This document shows positions 20,876 through 29,731 of a stretch of DNA of 32,000 bases, in pieces. The DNA lies in contig OY776328.1 in NCBI GenBank assembly GCA_963675515.1, forward strand, positions 2,820,001-2,852,000, read 5' to 3'. The position numbers were made by a program, and so were the translations under genes. The notes beneath the pieces were generated by a model. That model worked only from the letters and a program-made list of their open reading frames with translations. It searched no databases and was not told where the DNA came from. This DNA is from Coprobacillaceae bacterium. Its GTDB lineage: Bacteria > Bacillota_I > Bacilli_A > Erysipelotrichales > Coprobacillaceae. Positions within the stretch are counted from its first letter, which is position 1. Each line of letters begins with the position of its first letter.

Positions 20876-21529
20876 TTATTTAGCCTCCTTTTTCTTTTCA
20901 GGAAGGATTTCACCTTTACAGATCCAAACTTTAACTCCTAATTTCCCATAAGTTGTATCTGCTTCAGCTGTAGCGTAATCAATGTCTGCTCTTAAAGTAT
21001 GTAAAGGCACGTTACCTTCGCTGTATCCTTCAGCACGAGCCATGTCAGCTCCACCCAAACGACCTGAAACGTTAGTTTTGATTCCTTTAGCTCCGGCTCT
21101 CATCGCACGTTGAATTGCACGTTTTTGCACAGTTCTGAATGATGCACGGTTTTCTAATTGTTCCGCGATACTGTTAGCCACCAATTGAGCGTTAATATCT
21201 GGATTTTTGATTTCAACGATATTGATAAATACTTGTTTTCCATCAGTCATAGTAGTGATTTCTTTACGTAATTTATCAACAGCTTCACCTTCTTTACCGA
21301 TGACAACACCTGGTCTAGAAGTGTGAACGATTATTGTAACTCGTTTTTTAGATCTTTCGATCTCAACACGAGCCACACCCGCTCTTTTTAGTTTGTTTAA
21401 GATAAAAGCACGGATTTTGATATCTTCATGTAATAAAGTTGCGAATTCTTGATCGTTGGCATACCATCTAGAATCCCAATTACGGTTAACACCAACGCGT
21501 AAACCAACTGGACTTACTTTTTGACCCAT
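20876..21529 (-). CDS. rpsC: 30S ribosomal protein S3
   Basis: [24 protein letters not shown] is a uS3 match. Confidence 0.98.
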   Translation of the reverse strand: MGQKVSPVGLRVGVNRNWDSRWYANDQEFATLLHEDIKIRAFILNKLKRAGVARVEIERSKKRVTIIVHTSRPGVVIGKEGEAVDKLRKEITTMTDGKQVFINIVEIKNPDINAQLVANSIAEQLENRASFRTVQKRAIQRAMRAGAKGIKTNVSGRLGGADMARAEGYSEGNVPLHTLRADIDYATAEADTTYGKLGVKVWICKGEILPEKKKEAK

Positions 21530-21540
21530 ATGTCAACCTC

Positions 21541-21873
21541 CTATCTTTCAGCTACCACAGCAGTGATGTGGCTTGTTCTTTTTAAAATTCTAGTTCCGCT
21601 ACCTTTTGCTCTTGCAGCGAATCTTTTCAATGTTGGACCTTCGTTAACACAAATTTCTTTGATATATAAATTGGCTTCATCTGCACCGTCGTTGTTTACA
21701 ACGTTAGCTGCAGCTGATTTAACTACTTTAATGATTGCAGGAGTTGCACTTTTGTTCATGTATTCCAAGATACCAAGTGCTTCTTTTAAATCCTTACCTC
21801 TAACTAAGTCAGCGACCAAGCGGGCTTTTTGAGGTGAAACACGAATCATTTTAGCTGTTGCTTTTGCTTCCAT
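21541..21873 (-). CDS. rplV: 50S ribosomal protein L22
   Basis: AKMIRVSPQKARLVADLVRGK is a uL22 match. Confidence 0.98.
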   Translation of the reverse strand: MEAKATAKMIRVSPQKARLVADLVRGKDLKEALGILEYMNKSATPAIIKVVKSAAANVVNNDGADEANLYIKEICVNEGPTLKRFAARAKGSGTRILKRTSHITAVVAER

Positions 21874-21892
21874 GTATAATTCTCCTCCCTAA

Positions 21893-22171
21893 TTATCTTT
21901 TCTTACCTGATTTGTCAGCGTCATGACCAAGGTAAGTTCTAGTTGGAGCGAATTCTCCCAACTTGTGTCCTACCATGTCTTCGCTAACGTAAACCGGAAT
22001 ATGTTCTCTTCCGTTATAAACTGCGAATGTATGTTCGATAAATGTAGGGAAGATTGTTGAACGTCTTGACCAAGTTTTGATCACTTCTTTTTTACCAGCC
22101 GCATTTAATGCTTCAACTTTTTTCATTAAATGTTCATCGACAAATGGTCCTTTTTTTAAGCTACGTGCCAT
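21893..22171 (-). CDS. rpsS: 30S ribosomal protein S19
   Basis: [19 protein letters not shown]...[12 protein letters not shown] is a uS19 match. Confidence 0.98.
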   Translation of the reverse strand: MARSLKKGPFVDEHLMKKVEALNAAGKKEVIKTWSRRSTIFPTFIEHTFAVYNGREHIPVYVSEDMVGHKLGEFAPTRTYLGHDADKSGKKR

Positions 22172-22188
22172 TATTTTCTTCCTCCTTA

Positions 22189-23022
22189 TTATTTCTTGTT
22201 ACGACGTCTTACGATTAATTTGTTAGATGCTTTTTTACTGTTACGAGTTTTAACACCCATAGCTTTTTTACCCCAAGGAGTCATTGGAGCTTTACGACCG
22301 ATAGAAGTTCTACCTTCCCCACCACCATGAGGGTGATCGTTAGGGTTCATTACCGAACCACGAACTGTAGGGCGGATCCCTTTCCATCTCATACGACCTG
22401 CTTTACCGTAGTTTACCAAGCTGTAGTCTTCATTTCCAACCACACCGATAGTAGCGCGGCAAACCGCCAGGATTTTACGAACTTCGCCAGAAGCCAATCT
22501 TACGATTACATATCTGTCTTCTTTACCAAGGATTTGGGCTGACACACCTGCTGAACGCGCGATTTGTCCACCTTTACCAGGTTGAAGTTCGATGTTGTGG
22601 ATTACTGTACCTTCAGGGATGTTTGCAAGCGGCATAGCGTTTCCGACTAAGATATCCACGTTTTCGCCAGATACGATAGTGTCTCCGACTTTCATTCCTT
22701 TAGGTGCTAAGATATATCTTTTTTCACCATCTACATAGTTGATCAATGCGATGTTTGCAGATCTGTTTGGATCATATTCGATAGTTGCTACTTTACCTGG
22801 GATGTTGTCTTTGTTACGTTTGAAATCGATTAAACGATATTTACGTTTGTGACCACCACCGTGATGTCTTGTAGTGATAACACCTTGGTTATTACGCCCA
22901 CCTTTTTTAGATAAGCTCACAACTAAAGATTTTTCTGGTTTGTTTGTTGTAATTTCTTCATATGTCAATGAAGTCATGTTACGACGACCATTTGTTACTG
23001 GCTTGTATACTCTAATTGCCAT
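22189..23022 (-). CDS. rplB: 50S ribosomal protein L2
   Basis: [14 protein letters not shown]...[14 protein letters not shown] is a uL2 match. Confidence 0.98.
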   Translation of the reverse strand: MAIRVYKPVTNGRRNMTSLTYEEITTNKPEKSLVVSLSKKGGRNNQGVITTRHHGGGHKRKYRLIDFKRNKDNIPGKVATIEYDPNRSANIALINYVDGEKRYILAPKGMKVGDTIVSGENVDILVGNAMPLANIPEGTVIHNIELQPGKGGQIARSAGVSAQILGKEDRYVIVRLASGEVRKILAVCRATIGVVGNEDYSLVNYGKAGRMRWKGIRPTVRGSVMNPNDHPHGGGEGRTSIGRKAPMTPWGKKAMGVKTRNSKKASNKLIVRRRNKK

Positions 23023-23080
23023 TCTCTAGTTCCTCCTCTTTAATTATCTGGAATGAGTTATTCCAATATTGTTGTTTGGA

Positions 23081-23368
23081 TTATTCTCCAAATAGATTGA
23101 TTTCGCTACCTGCAGCCAATTTTACGATGGCTTTGCGGCGACGGTTTGTTTTACCTTCGTAACGTCCAACGCGTTTTGTTTTAGGTTTGACGTTCATTAC
23201 GTTTACTGAAGCGACTTTCACATTGAACATTTTTTCTACTGCGCTTTTGATTTCGATTTTGTTTGCAGTAACTTCCACGTCAAATGTATATTTGTTTTCT
23301 TCAGCCATTAATCTCATTGATTCTTCTGTAAGTACTGGTTTTTTTAATACGTCAGTAATGTGTGCCAT
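23081..23368 (-). CDS. rplW: 50S ribosomal protein L23
   Basis: [14 protein letters not shown]...KYTFDV...KAIVKL is a uL23 match. Confidence 0.97.
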   Translation of the reverse strand: MAHITDVLKKPVLTEESMRLMAEENKYTFDVEVTANKIEIKSAVEKMFNVKVASVNVMNVKPKTKRVGRYEGKTNRRRKAIVKLAAGSEINLFGE

Positions 23369-23988
23369 TATCCAAGTACCTCCTCAACTGCTTTGATTGC
23401 TGCTTCTGTCATGATCAATTGGTTGCTGTTTAAAACATCATAAACGTTTACACGTCTTGCATCCAAGATTTTCAAACCTGGGATGTTGTTTGCTGATCTT
23501 GCAACGTTTTCGTCGATTTCATCAACAACGATCAATGTTTTTGCAGGAGCCTGTAAGTTTTCCAAAACTTTAACCATGTCCTTGGTTTTTGGAGCTTCGA
23601 ATGAAATTCCATCAATTACCATGAATTCCGCATCTTTAACTTTAGTAGATAACGCAGATTTTAAAGCCAATCTTCTGACTTTACGATTTAATTTGAATGT
23701 ATATGATCTTGGTGTTGGTCCGAATACAACTCCACCACCACGCCATTGTGGCGCACGGATTGAACCTTGACGAGCACGTCCAGTTCCTTTTTGACGCCAT
23801 GGTTTTTTTCCACCACCGGCAACTTCAGTACGGTTTTTAACTTTGTGAGTTCCTTGTCTTAAAGAAGCTCTTTGAAGTAAAACCATGTCGAAGATAGCTT
23901 GGTTGTTTGGTTCAATATTAAAGACAGCTTCGTTCAATTCGATATCTTTAACTTCAACACCTTGTTGGTTTAATACCTTAACTTGCAT
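23368..23988 (-). CDS. rplD: 50S ribosomal protein L4
   Basis: [34 protein letters not shown] is a uL4 match. Confidence 0.98.
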   Translation of the reverse strand: MQVKVLNQQGVEVKDIELNEAVFNIEPNNQAIFDMVLLQRASLRQGTHKVKNRTEVAGGGKKPWRQKGTGRARQGSIRAPQWRGGGVVFGPTPRSYTFKLNRKVRRLALKSALSTKVKDAEFMVIDGISFEAPKTKDMVKVLENLQAPAKTLIVVDEIDENVARSANNIPGLKILDARRVNVYDVLNSNQLIMTEAAIKAVEEVLG

Positions 23989-24005
23989 TATGTATCTCCT
24001 TTCTG

Positions 24006-24713
24006 TTATTCTGCAGCTTCAGTAGCTTCTGTATTTTCTTCAACTGCAGGAGTATAGTCAACTAAAGCTTGAGCTTCGTTAATTTTCCCATTTCCTTTAA
24101 CCGCTGATCTTACAACCACTAAACCTTTTTTAGGTCCAGGGATTGAACCTTTGATTAATAATAAGTTGTTTTCAACATCAACTGCCACAACTTCCAAGTT
24201 TTGAACAGTTCTGGTTACATGTCCCATTTGCCCAGGTAATTTTTTACCAGGAGCGATTCTGTTTGGAGCGATTGGTCCCATTGAACCTACGATACGATGA
24301 GCTCCAGAACCATGTCCTTTAGGACCGATTTTTTGGCCATGTCTTTTAATAACACCTTGATAACCTTTACCTTTAGAAGTTCCTTGAACATCTACAACTT
24401 CACCTGCTACGAAGCTATCAACAGCGATTTTATCTCCAACTTCATAACCCATCATTTCGTCATAACGAAATTCTTTGATGAAGCGCTTAGGAGCAGTTTG
24501 TGCTTTAGCGAAAATACCTTGTTCCGCTTTGTTTGCTAATTTTTCTCTTTTGTCTTCAAAACCAACTTGGATAGCATCATAGCCATCTGTTGCTGTTGTT
24601 TTCTTTTGTAGAACAACGTTTGCGTTTGCTTCTACAACTGTAACTGGAATTAATGTTCCTTCTTCATTGAAGACCTGAGTCATTCCGATCTTACGACCTA
24701 AGATTCCTTTCAT
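24006..24713 (-). CDS. rplC: 50S ribosomal protein L3 (with acidic C-terminal tail)
   Basis: [15 protein letters not shown]...[12 protein letters not shown] is a uL3 match. Confidence 0.98.
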   Translation of the reverse strand: MKGILGRKIGMTQVFNEEGTLIPVTVVEANANVVLQKKTTATDGYDAIQVGFEDKREKLANKAEQGIFAKAQTAPKRFIKEFRYDEMMGYEVGDKIAVDSFVAGEVVDVQGTSKGKGYQGVIKRHGQKIGPKGHGSGAHRIVGSMGPIAPNRIAPGKKLPGQMGHVTRTVQNLEVVAVDVENNLLLIKGSIPGPKKGLVVVRSAVKGNGKINEAQALVDYTPAVEENTEATEAAE

Positions 24714-24732
24714 GAGTTACACCTTTGCCTTT

Positions 24733-25041
24733 CTATAATTTGATTTCGATGTCTACACCACTTGGTAAGTCCAAACGAGTCAATACATCAACTGTTTCTG
24801 GTGTAGGGTTCACAATGTCAATTAATCTCTTATGAGTTCTGATTTCGAATTGTTCACGAGAATCTTTGTATTTGTGAACAGCTCTTAAGATAGTATAAAC
24901 TTCCTTTTGAGTTGGAAGAGGTACTGGACCTACTACTTGAGCACCTGATTTTTTAGCAGATGAAATAATTTTTTCTGCCGAAGAATCCAGGATTTTGTGA
25001 TCAAATGCCTTTAGTCTAATTCTAATTTTGTTGTTTGCCAT
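24733..25041 (-). CDS. rpsJ: 30S ribosomal protein S10
   Basis: [21 protein letters not shown]...[13 protein letters not shown] is a uS10 match. It is the first gene of the S10 operon, with SD AAAGGAGA upstream. Confidence 0.98.
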   Translation of the reverse strand: MANNKIRIRLKAFDHKILDSSAEKIISSAKKSGAQVVGPVPLPTQKEVYTILRAVHKYKDSREQFEIRTHKRLIDIVNPTPETVDVLTRLDLPSGVDIEIKL

Positions 25042-25169
25042 GATTTTTCTCCTTTCGCCTATCTAATAAATAGACTTGCTCCATGCGAATTACCTGAAAT
25101 CAACGATCACATGACAACGCCTTCCGGTGTTTCAGCAACCTCGCACATCTTCGCAATGTCAACATCCGT

Positions 25170-25230
25170 ATTATAACAAAAATCGCCGTCATTGCAAGGT
25201 TTTTTTTCACTTTTTTTTAATTCTTTTTCA
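25170..25230 (-). promoter_or_regulatory. Strong sigma-70-type promoter of the S10-spc-alpha ribosomal operon, with extended -10 and A-rich UP-like tract
   Basis: Minus strand: TTGCAA (25197-25192), a 16-nt spacer ending in TGT, then TATAAT (25175-25170). It is preceded by AAAAAAAAGTGAAAAAAAACC (plus-strand T-tracts 25200-25229). It lies about 125 nt upstream of the rpsJ ATG. Confidence 0.75.
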
Positions 25231-25455
25231 CCCATGCCTAAGACGTGATCTTAACGGCCTTGGACACCATTACAACGGGATAATGAACCCCCTCTTTTCA
25301 CGCATATATATGGAAGGAAGAATCATGACATTGTTGCAGCAGTTTTGTGACCTGCCATTCCCAAAGACTCCATTACGCCATTTCCTAATTTTCAAAACCT
25401 TATATTTACCTTATTAATAAATGGCTTTGTTTTTTTGATTTTAGGATGGAAATAA

Positions 25456-25484
25456 TTGCATAATTGCATTTATCGATATACAAT
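25456..25484 (+). promoter_or_regulatory. Candidate sigma-70-type promoter of the ABC uptake operon
   Basis: TTGCAT (25456-25461), 17 nt, TACAAT (25479-25484). The -35 and spacer overlap a tandem repeat TAATTGCA TAATTGCA (25453-25468). This implies a leader of about 180 nt before the ATG at 25674. Confidence 0.5.
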
Positions 25485-25673
25485 ATTTTAAACCGTTGCG
25501 AAATAAGCCGGCCCTTGTTGATCAACTAATAAGCGCCAAGACCAGCTGATAACGCCAAAAAAGGGCATGGCTGATGGATTGTTGGCATATTTAAGGTAGC
25601 ACGGGTATACACTTGTTCTTTTTGGGTGGGTGTTTTTTATTTTTATAGGGAAATCAAGAAAGAGGAAGAGAAT

Positions 25674-26636
25674 ATGAAAAAATTGCTATCATTATTTTTG
25701 GCGGCAGGTTTGCTGCTGACAGGATGCTCGTCAAACACAAGCGTCGACACTTCAAAGAAAATCGGGGTTATCCAGCTTATGGACCACACCTCGTTGAACC
25801 TGATCTACGATTCATTTTTAACCCAGATCAGGGAACTGGGATATAGCGAAGACCAGATCACCTTCTTGAATGCAAATGGCGATATGACAAACGTGGAAAC
25901 TTGCGTGAACCAGCTTGCCAGCGAACAGGTTGATGTGGCCGTAGCCATCACCACTCCAGTGGCGATGAGTGCCATCAAACTGACTCAAAGCATGCCGGTA
26001 ATCTTCTCCGCGGTGACCGATCCAATCAGTGCCGGATTGGTTGAAGATTTGAATGCGCCTACCACAATGACAGGAACCAGCGATGCGATCGCAGTCGACC
26101 AGATTATCGATTTGGCTATGCAGTTCGTTCCGGAAGCAAAAAAAGTTGGTTACATCTACAACCCCGGGGAATCAAACTCAGTTGCCAACCTGAGCAAACT
26201 TGAACAGATTGCCCAGGAACAAGGTTTCACTGTTGAGACTGCCTCAGTTTCATCTTCAGCCGACCTGCAGACAGCTACAACAGTATTGGCACAAAAAGTA
26301 GATTTCATCTTCGTCGCCAATGACAACACAGTTGCCGAAGGAATGCCAATAGTCGCTCAAGAAGCAAAAAAATCGAACAAGCTTGTTTTCACCGGAGCGG
26401 ATTCCATGGTCATGGATGGCGGCTTTGCGACAGTCGGCATCGATTACGCTTCACTTGGCCAAGAAACAGCGAACATGGTGGACAAGGTATTAAACGGCAC
26501 TGCAATCAGCGACATCCCGGTAAAAGTATTTGACTCCGACCTCTATATCTATGTCAATTCTGCCTATGCAACTGAATTGAATGTAACTATTCCCGACAAC
26601 ATCCTAAACAACGAAAAATACGTTGCAATCGATTAG
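25674..26636 (+). CDS. ABC transporter substrate-binding lipoprotein (PF04392 ABC_sub_bind family)
   Basis: The start MKKLLSLFLAAGLLLTGCSS is a lipoprotein signal with lipobox LLTGC, and AGAGGAAGAG SD lies upstream. The longer ORF-track start lacks both. The body (KKIGVIQLMDHTSLN...TDPISAGLV...GADSMV) is typical of this family. Confidence 0.88.
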   Translation: MKKLLSLFLAAGLLLTGCSSNTSVDTSKKIGVIQLMDHTSLNLIYDSFLTQIRELGYSEDQITFLNANGDMTNVETCVNQLASEQVDVAVAITTPVAMSAIKLTQSMPVIFSAVTDPISAGLVEDLNAPTTMTGTSDAIAVDQIIDLAMQFVPEAKKVGYIYNPGESNSVANLSKLEQIAQEQGFTVETASVSSSADLQTATTVLAQKVDFIFVANDNTVAEGMPIVAQEAKKSNKLVFTGADSMVMDGGFATVGIDYASLGQETANMVDKVLNGTAISDIPVKVFDSDLYIYVNSAYATELNVTIPDNILNNEKYVAID

Positions 26637-26644
26637 GTAGTCAT

Positions 26645-27553
26645 ATGTCTTTGCTTACAATTGTCGGAGGGATTGAATTGGGGTTGATCTTTTCAATCCT
26701 TTCCTTAGGTTTATATATTGCATTCCGGATTCTTGATCTTCCGGATCTGACTGTCGATGGTTCGTTCGTCACAGGCTTGGCCATTTCGGGGGTTTTGGCC
26801 CAACAGAATCATCCCTATCTTGGGATATTGCTTGCGGTGATAGGCGGAGCCCTGGCAGGTATCGTAACCGGCTTGTTGCATACCAAGCTCAAAATCCAGG
26901 CGATCCTGGCTGGAATTCTTACAATGACGGCCTTATACTCGATAAATCTTATCATCCTTGATGAAAAACCTACGGTCATGTTTTTCGGACAGGAAACAAT
27001 GTTCAGTTTTTCCAATGGCTTATTGATAATCAACGGGGTTGATATCTCCAAAGGAGTTGTCCTTTTGGTTATAAATATCCTGGTTGTCGCCTTGATGATC
27101 TACTTCCTGAACACCAAAATCGGGTTGTCTCTTAGAGCTACCGGTGACAATGAGGTCATGGTCCGTTCTTCTTCAATCAATACCGACCTGATGAAAGTTA
27201 TCGGTTTTGGCCTGACCAACGCCTTGGTGGCTTTAAGCGCTGCAATCTATGTCCAATACAACCAGCAGGGTTCATATACCGTCGGCAATGGAATGCTGGT
27301 GTTGTCATTGGCTTCGATCATTATCGGCGAGGCTTTGATAGGCAACAAGACAATACTTCGAAACCTTGTGGCAATTGTCCTGGGGTCGATTGTATACCGG
27401 CTTGCCTTGACCTATTCATTTCAACTGGGATTGCCCTCAAGTTACCTGAAATTGTTCAGCGCCCTGATCGTAGTATTCGCAATCTTTTTACCGCAGGTCA
27501 AATCGATATATCAAAATTACCGAAAGAGAGTCAACCATGTTAGAGGTCAGTAA
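26645..27553 (+). CDS. ABC transporter permease partnering the PF04392 binding protein
   Basis: The 302-aa polytopic ORF (LGLYIAFRILDLPDLTVDGSFVTG, RATGDNEVMVRSSSIN) lies immediately downstream of the binding protein. It overlaps the ATPase start by 17 nt. Confidence 0.88.
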   Translation: MSLLTIVGGIELGLIFSILSLGLYIAFRILDLPDLTVDGSFVTGLAISGVLAQQNHPYLGILLAVIGGALAGIVTGLLHTKLKIQAILAGILTMTALYSINLIILDEKPTVMFFGQETMFSFSNGLLIINGVDISKGVVLLVINILVVALMIYFLNTKIGLSLRATGDNEVMVRSSSINTDLMKVIGFGLTNALVALSAAIYVQYNQQGSYTVGNGMLVLSLASIIIGEALIGNKTILRNLVAIVLGSIVYRLALTYSFQLGLPSSYLKLFSALIVVFAIFLPQVKSIYQNYRKRVNHVRGQ

Positions 27554-28055
27554 AGTAAATGTAATTTTCAATCCCGGTACCATCCATGAAAAGCACGCCC
27601 TCAAGGATATCGATTTTGTCCTGAATGACGGCGATTTCGTGACCATCATCGGTTCCAACGGTGCTGGCAAATCAACTCTGTTCAACGCAATTTCAGGGAA
27701 TGTTGAAGTCAGCGATGGCACAATCAAAAACAACGGGGAGATAATCACATACCTTAAGGACTACAAGCGGGCCAGGTTCATCGGACGTTTGTTCCAGGAT
27801 CCATTCCAAGGAACGGCACCGAACCTTTCAATAATCCAGAATCTCGGTTTGGCCTATTCCCGAGGTAAGAAACAAAGTCTGGCGTTGGCCATTTCCAAGA
27901 AGGACCGTCAATATTTTTATGAAGTCCTCAAAAAGCTCGACCTGGGGCTCGAACAAAGGATGGACACTCCGGTGCGGCTGCTTTCGGGCGGGCAGCGCCA
28001 GGCCCTTACGCTTCTTATGGCAACCATAGGGAAGGATCTGATTTTTTTCCTTTAA
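27537..28055 (+). CDS. ABC transporter ATP-binding protein, 3'-truncated (ends just after the signature motif, no Walker B/H-loop), probably non-functional as encoded
   Basis: Walker A GSNGAGKST, Q-loop LFQDP, signature LSGGQRQALTLLMATI, then 8 unrelated codons and TAA. It is 172 aa, whereas my recollection is that this family is about 250-260 aa. Confidence 0.85.
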   Translation: MLEVSKVNVIFNPGTIHEKHALKDIDFVLNDGDFVTIIGSNGAGKSTLFNAISGNVEVSDGTIKNNGEIITYLKDYKRARFIGRLFQDPFQGTAPNLSIIQNLGLAYSRGKKQSLALAISKKDRQYFYEVLKKLDLGLEQRMDTPVRLLSGGQRQALTLLMATIGKDLIFFL

Positions 28056-28889
28056 GAAAGTTGCCCCGGTAGAACTGTTTTTCCGTTCCCGGACTGATGC
28101 CTATCAGACGTGATGTGTAAAGCTCTTCTCCCTTCCGTGGTGCCGCAATGGTTTGAGTTCTTACATCCACGGTGCCGGGACCCGTAAAGAATACGGTTCT
28201 GCTTGTTATAGGCTTTATACCTTCCGGCTTTACCAAATGCCAGCACACTTCGTTGCCTATTATTTTAATTTCTTTGACCCGGGGCTGTAAGGCCTGGGAA
28301 AGTGACTCTATCCCCATCTCACCGAAAGAAGGGATTCCGGCTCCGAAAATTTTAACAGCCGATACGATTATCATTTCATCCCATAGATTTTTTTTTGTAA
28401 AAGATGTCAATATGGTAGAACCGCCTTCGACCATGACACTCTCAATTCCCATATTCTCAAGTTCTTTCAGAATTTTCTCCAGGTCGAGAAATCCGTCACT
28501 GCCGGCGGGAACATCCTTTACAATTATGTTTCTGTTCTCCAGTTTTTCAATCCGTCGGCAAGGGATGCCTTTTCGGCTTTCCGGCTGTTATAGAAAATAA
28601 GAGTCTTAATATCCCGGGACGTCCGGGCTATCTTTCCATCCAGGGGCATCCTGAGAGAGGAGTCCAGTATGACCCTCATGGGGCTTTTCTCAGGATCTAT
28701 GCGGCAGGTCAGCAAAGGATCATCGCATATAACCGTACCGATACCTACAATGATGGCATCGTGATTCCTGCGGAGATCCTGATTCAGCTTAAGACTGCCT
28801 TCCTCACTTATATACCTGGATTCTCCATTGGTAGTGGCAATTTTTCCATCCAGGGTCTGGGCAAATGTTAAAGTGACAGGTTTAAGCAT
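28015..28889 (-). pseudogene. RibD C-terminal-domain (DHFR-fold pyrimidine reductase-like) gene with a frameshift near 28551-28560. It reads in frame into an N-terminal fragment of an MDR/zinc alcohol-dehydrogenase-like protein that is cut off at the ~28.03 kb junction.
   Basis: ORF 28524-28889 reads LTFAQTLDGKIATTNGESRYIS...DAIIVGIGTVICDDPLLTCR...PMRVILDS. The family continuation RIEKLENRNIIVKDVPAGSDGFLDLEKILKELENMGIESVMVEGGSTILTSF is in the -1/+2 frame, which is open over 28015-28587. Further on, TVFFTGPGTVDVRTQTIAAPRKGEELYTSRLIGISPGTEKQFYRG resembles an MDR N-terminus. Confidence 0.75.
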
Positions 28890-28892
28890 AAA

Positions 28893-29731
28893 TTAAGGAT
28901 ATACTCCTTCATATCTGAAAACAAGTTTATAATACCCTGACACCCTTAACTGCTGAAGGAGCAGCAGGGTACCCCCCCCGATAATATTATCCAGTGCCGG
29001 GGACTGCAGGGGCAGCTGGGTGAGAAGCTGTAAATACAGGCCTCTAAGGAGGGGGCTCAACAGGGGCCTTTTCATTTGGGACGTAAGATCTGTCATATTG
29101 CAGAGGACAAAACCATTTTTCTTGAGAATGCTTATAAACTTGCTGACAGAGGTGAATCCATGGGCGTGCCAGTGCTTTTTAAACCTTCTTACCAGTCTTT
29201 TTTCCCTCTTTCCGGGTGTTATTCCATCAATTAAGAAATCATCAATGATCTGTATATGTGATCCCTTGTTCACAATTTTAAAAGATTGCTGATAAGCATT
29301 TCATGGTCGGGATTATGCTGAAGGCTTTCAATGGCAAAGATGAAATCAAAGGCTCCTTTATTCTCAAACCATGAGGAATCCAGATAGCTGCCGAGCTCCA
29401 CGGGTATATTCTGTTCCATTGCGATCCTGTATTGGACGGGGCTCAAAGTGATACCTGTATAATCCCCTTCGTAGCGGCTCCTCAGGTAGCTGATACTGCC
29501 CCCCACACCGCAGCCGAGATCCAGGATTCTCCGGGCTTCCGTCTCTCTGATCATATCGAGAACCAAAGCATCCGAGATATGGGCCGGGTCATGAGACCCG
29601 TCCTGTTCTTCAGGGTAGAGTTTTCGGTGAATGGTTCCGGAAGACTTTTCCGGAACAAAGCGGAGGAACCGGGCCGTGTTCTTATTATAGTAACGGGCCA
29701 CCTCACTTTCTGCAGTTTTAAAGGCGGACAT
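28893..29731 (-). pseudogene. Class I SAM-dependent methyltransferase split by a frameshift within 29270-29300 (T4A4 run at 29274-29284)
   Basis: ORF 29270-29731 carries motif I RILDLGCGVGGSISYL and post-I YTGITLSP. ORF 28893-29273 has only a GTG start and continues the fold as (K)IVNKGSHIQIIDDFL. The two ORFs overlap by 4 nt in different frames. Confidence 0.7.

Noticed and set aside
25127-25417. 96-aa plus-strand ORF in the rpsJ/transporter intergenic region
   Set aside because: It begins inside the rpsJ leader and runs through the S10 promoter and its T-tracts. It has no SD and a low-complexity, unprotein-like translation (FFHFFLILFHP). It is most likely a chance ORF in non-coding DNA.
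25492-25673. T-box riboswitch upstream of the ABC operon, suggested by a GGGTGG tract followed by T-runs
   Set aside because: The conserved T-box continuation (…GGGUGGNACCGCG) is absent, since the sequence reads GGGTGGGTGTTTT. I could not find a convincing Stem I/specifier arrangement. The leader of about 180 nt is short for a T-box. It stays only as an unassigned leader in the findings.
28029-28055. Possibility that GKDLIFFL* is a diverged Walker B strand, with TAA-GAA replacing the Asp-Glu pair, meaning a simple nonsense mutation rather than a junction
   Set aside because: The codons after the stop (ESCPGRTVFPFP) show no resemblance to the expected H/T-A-A-L-D D-loop region. The opposite strand carries clear MDR-like coding sequence there, so homology to the ATPase really ends.
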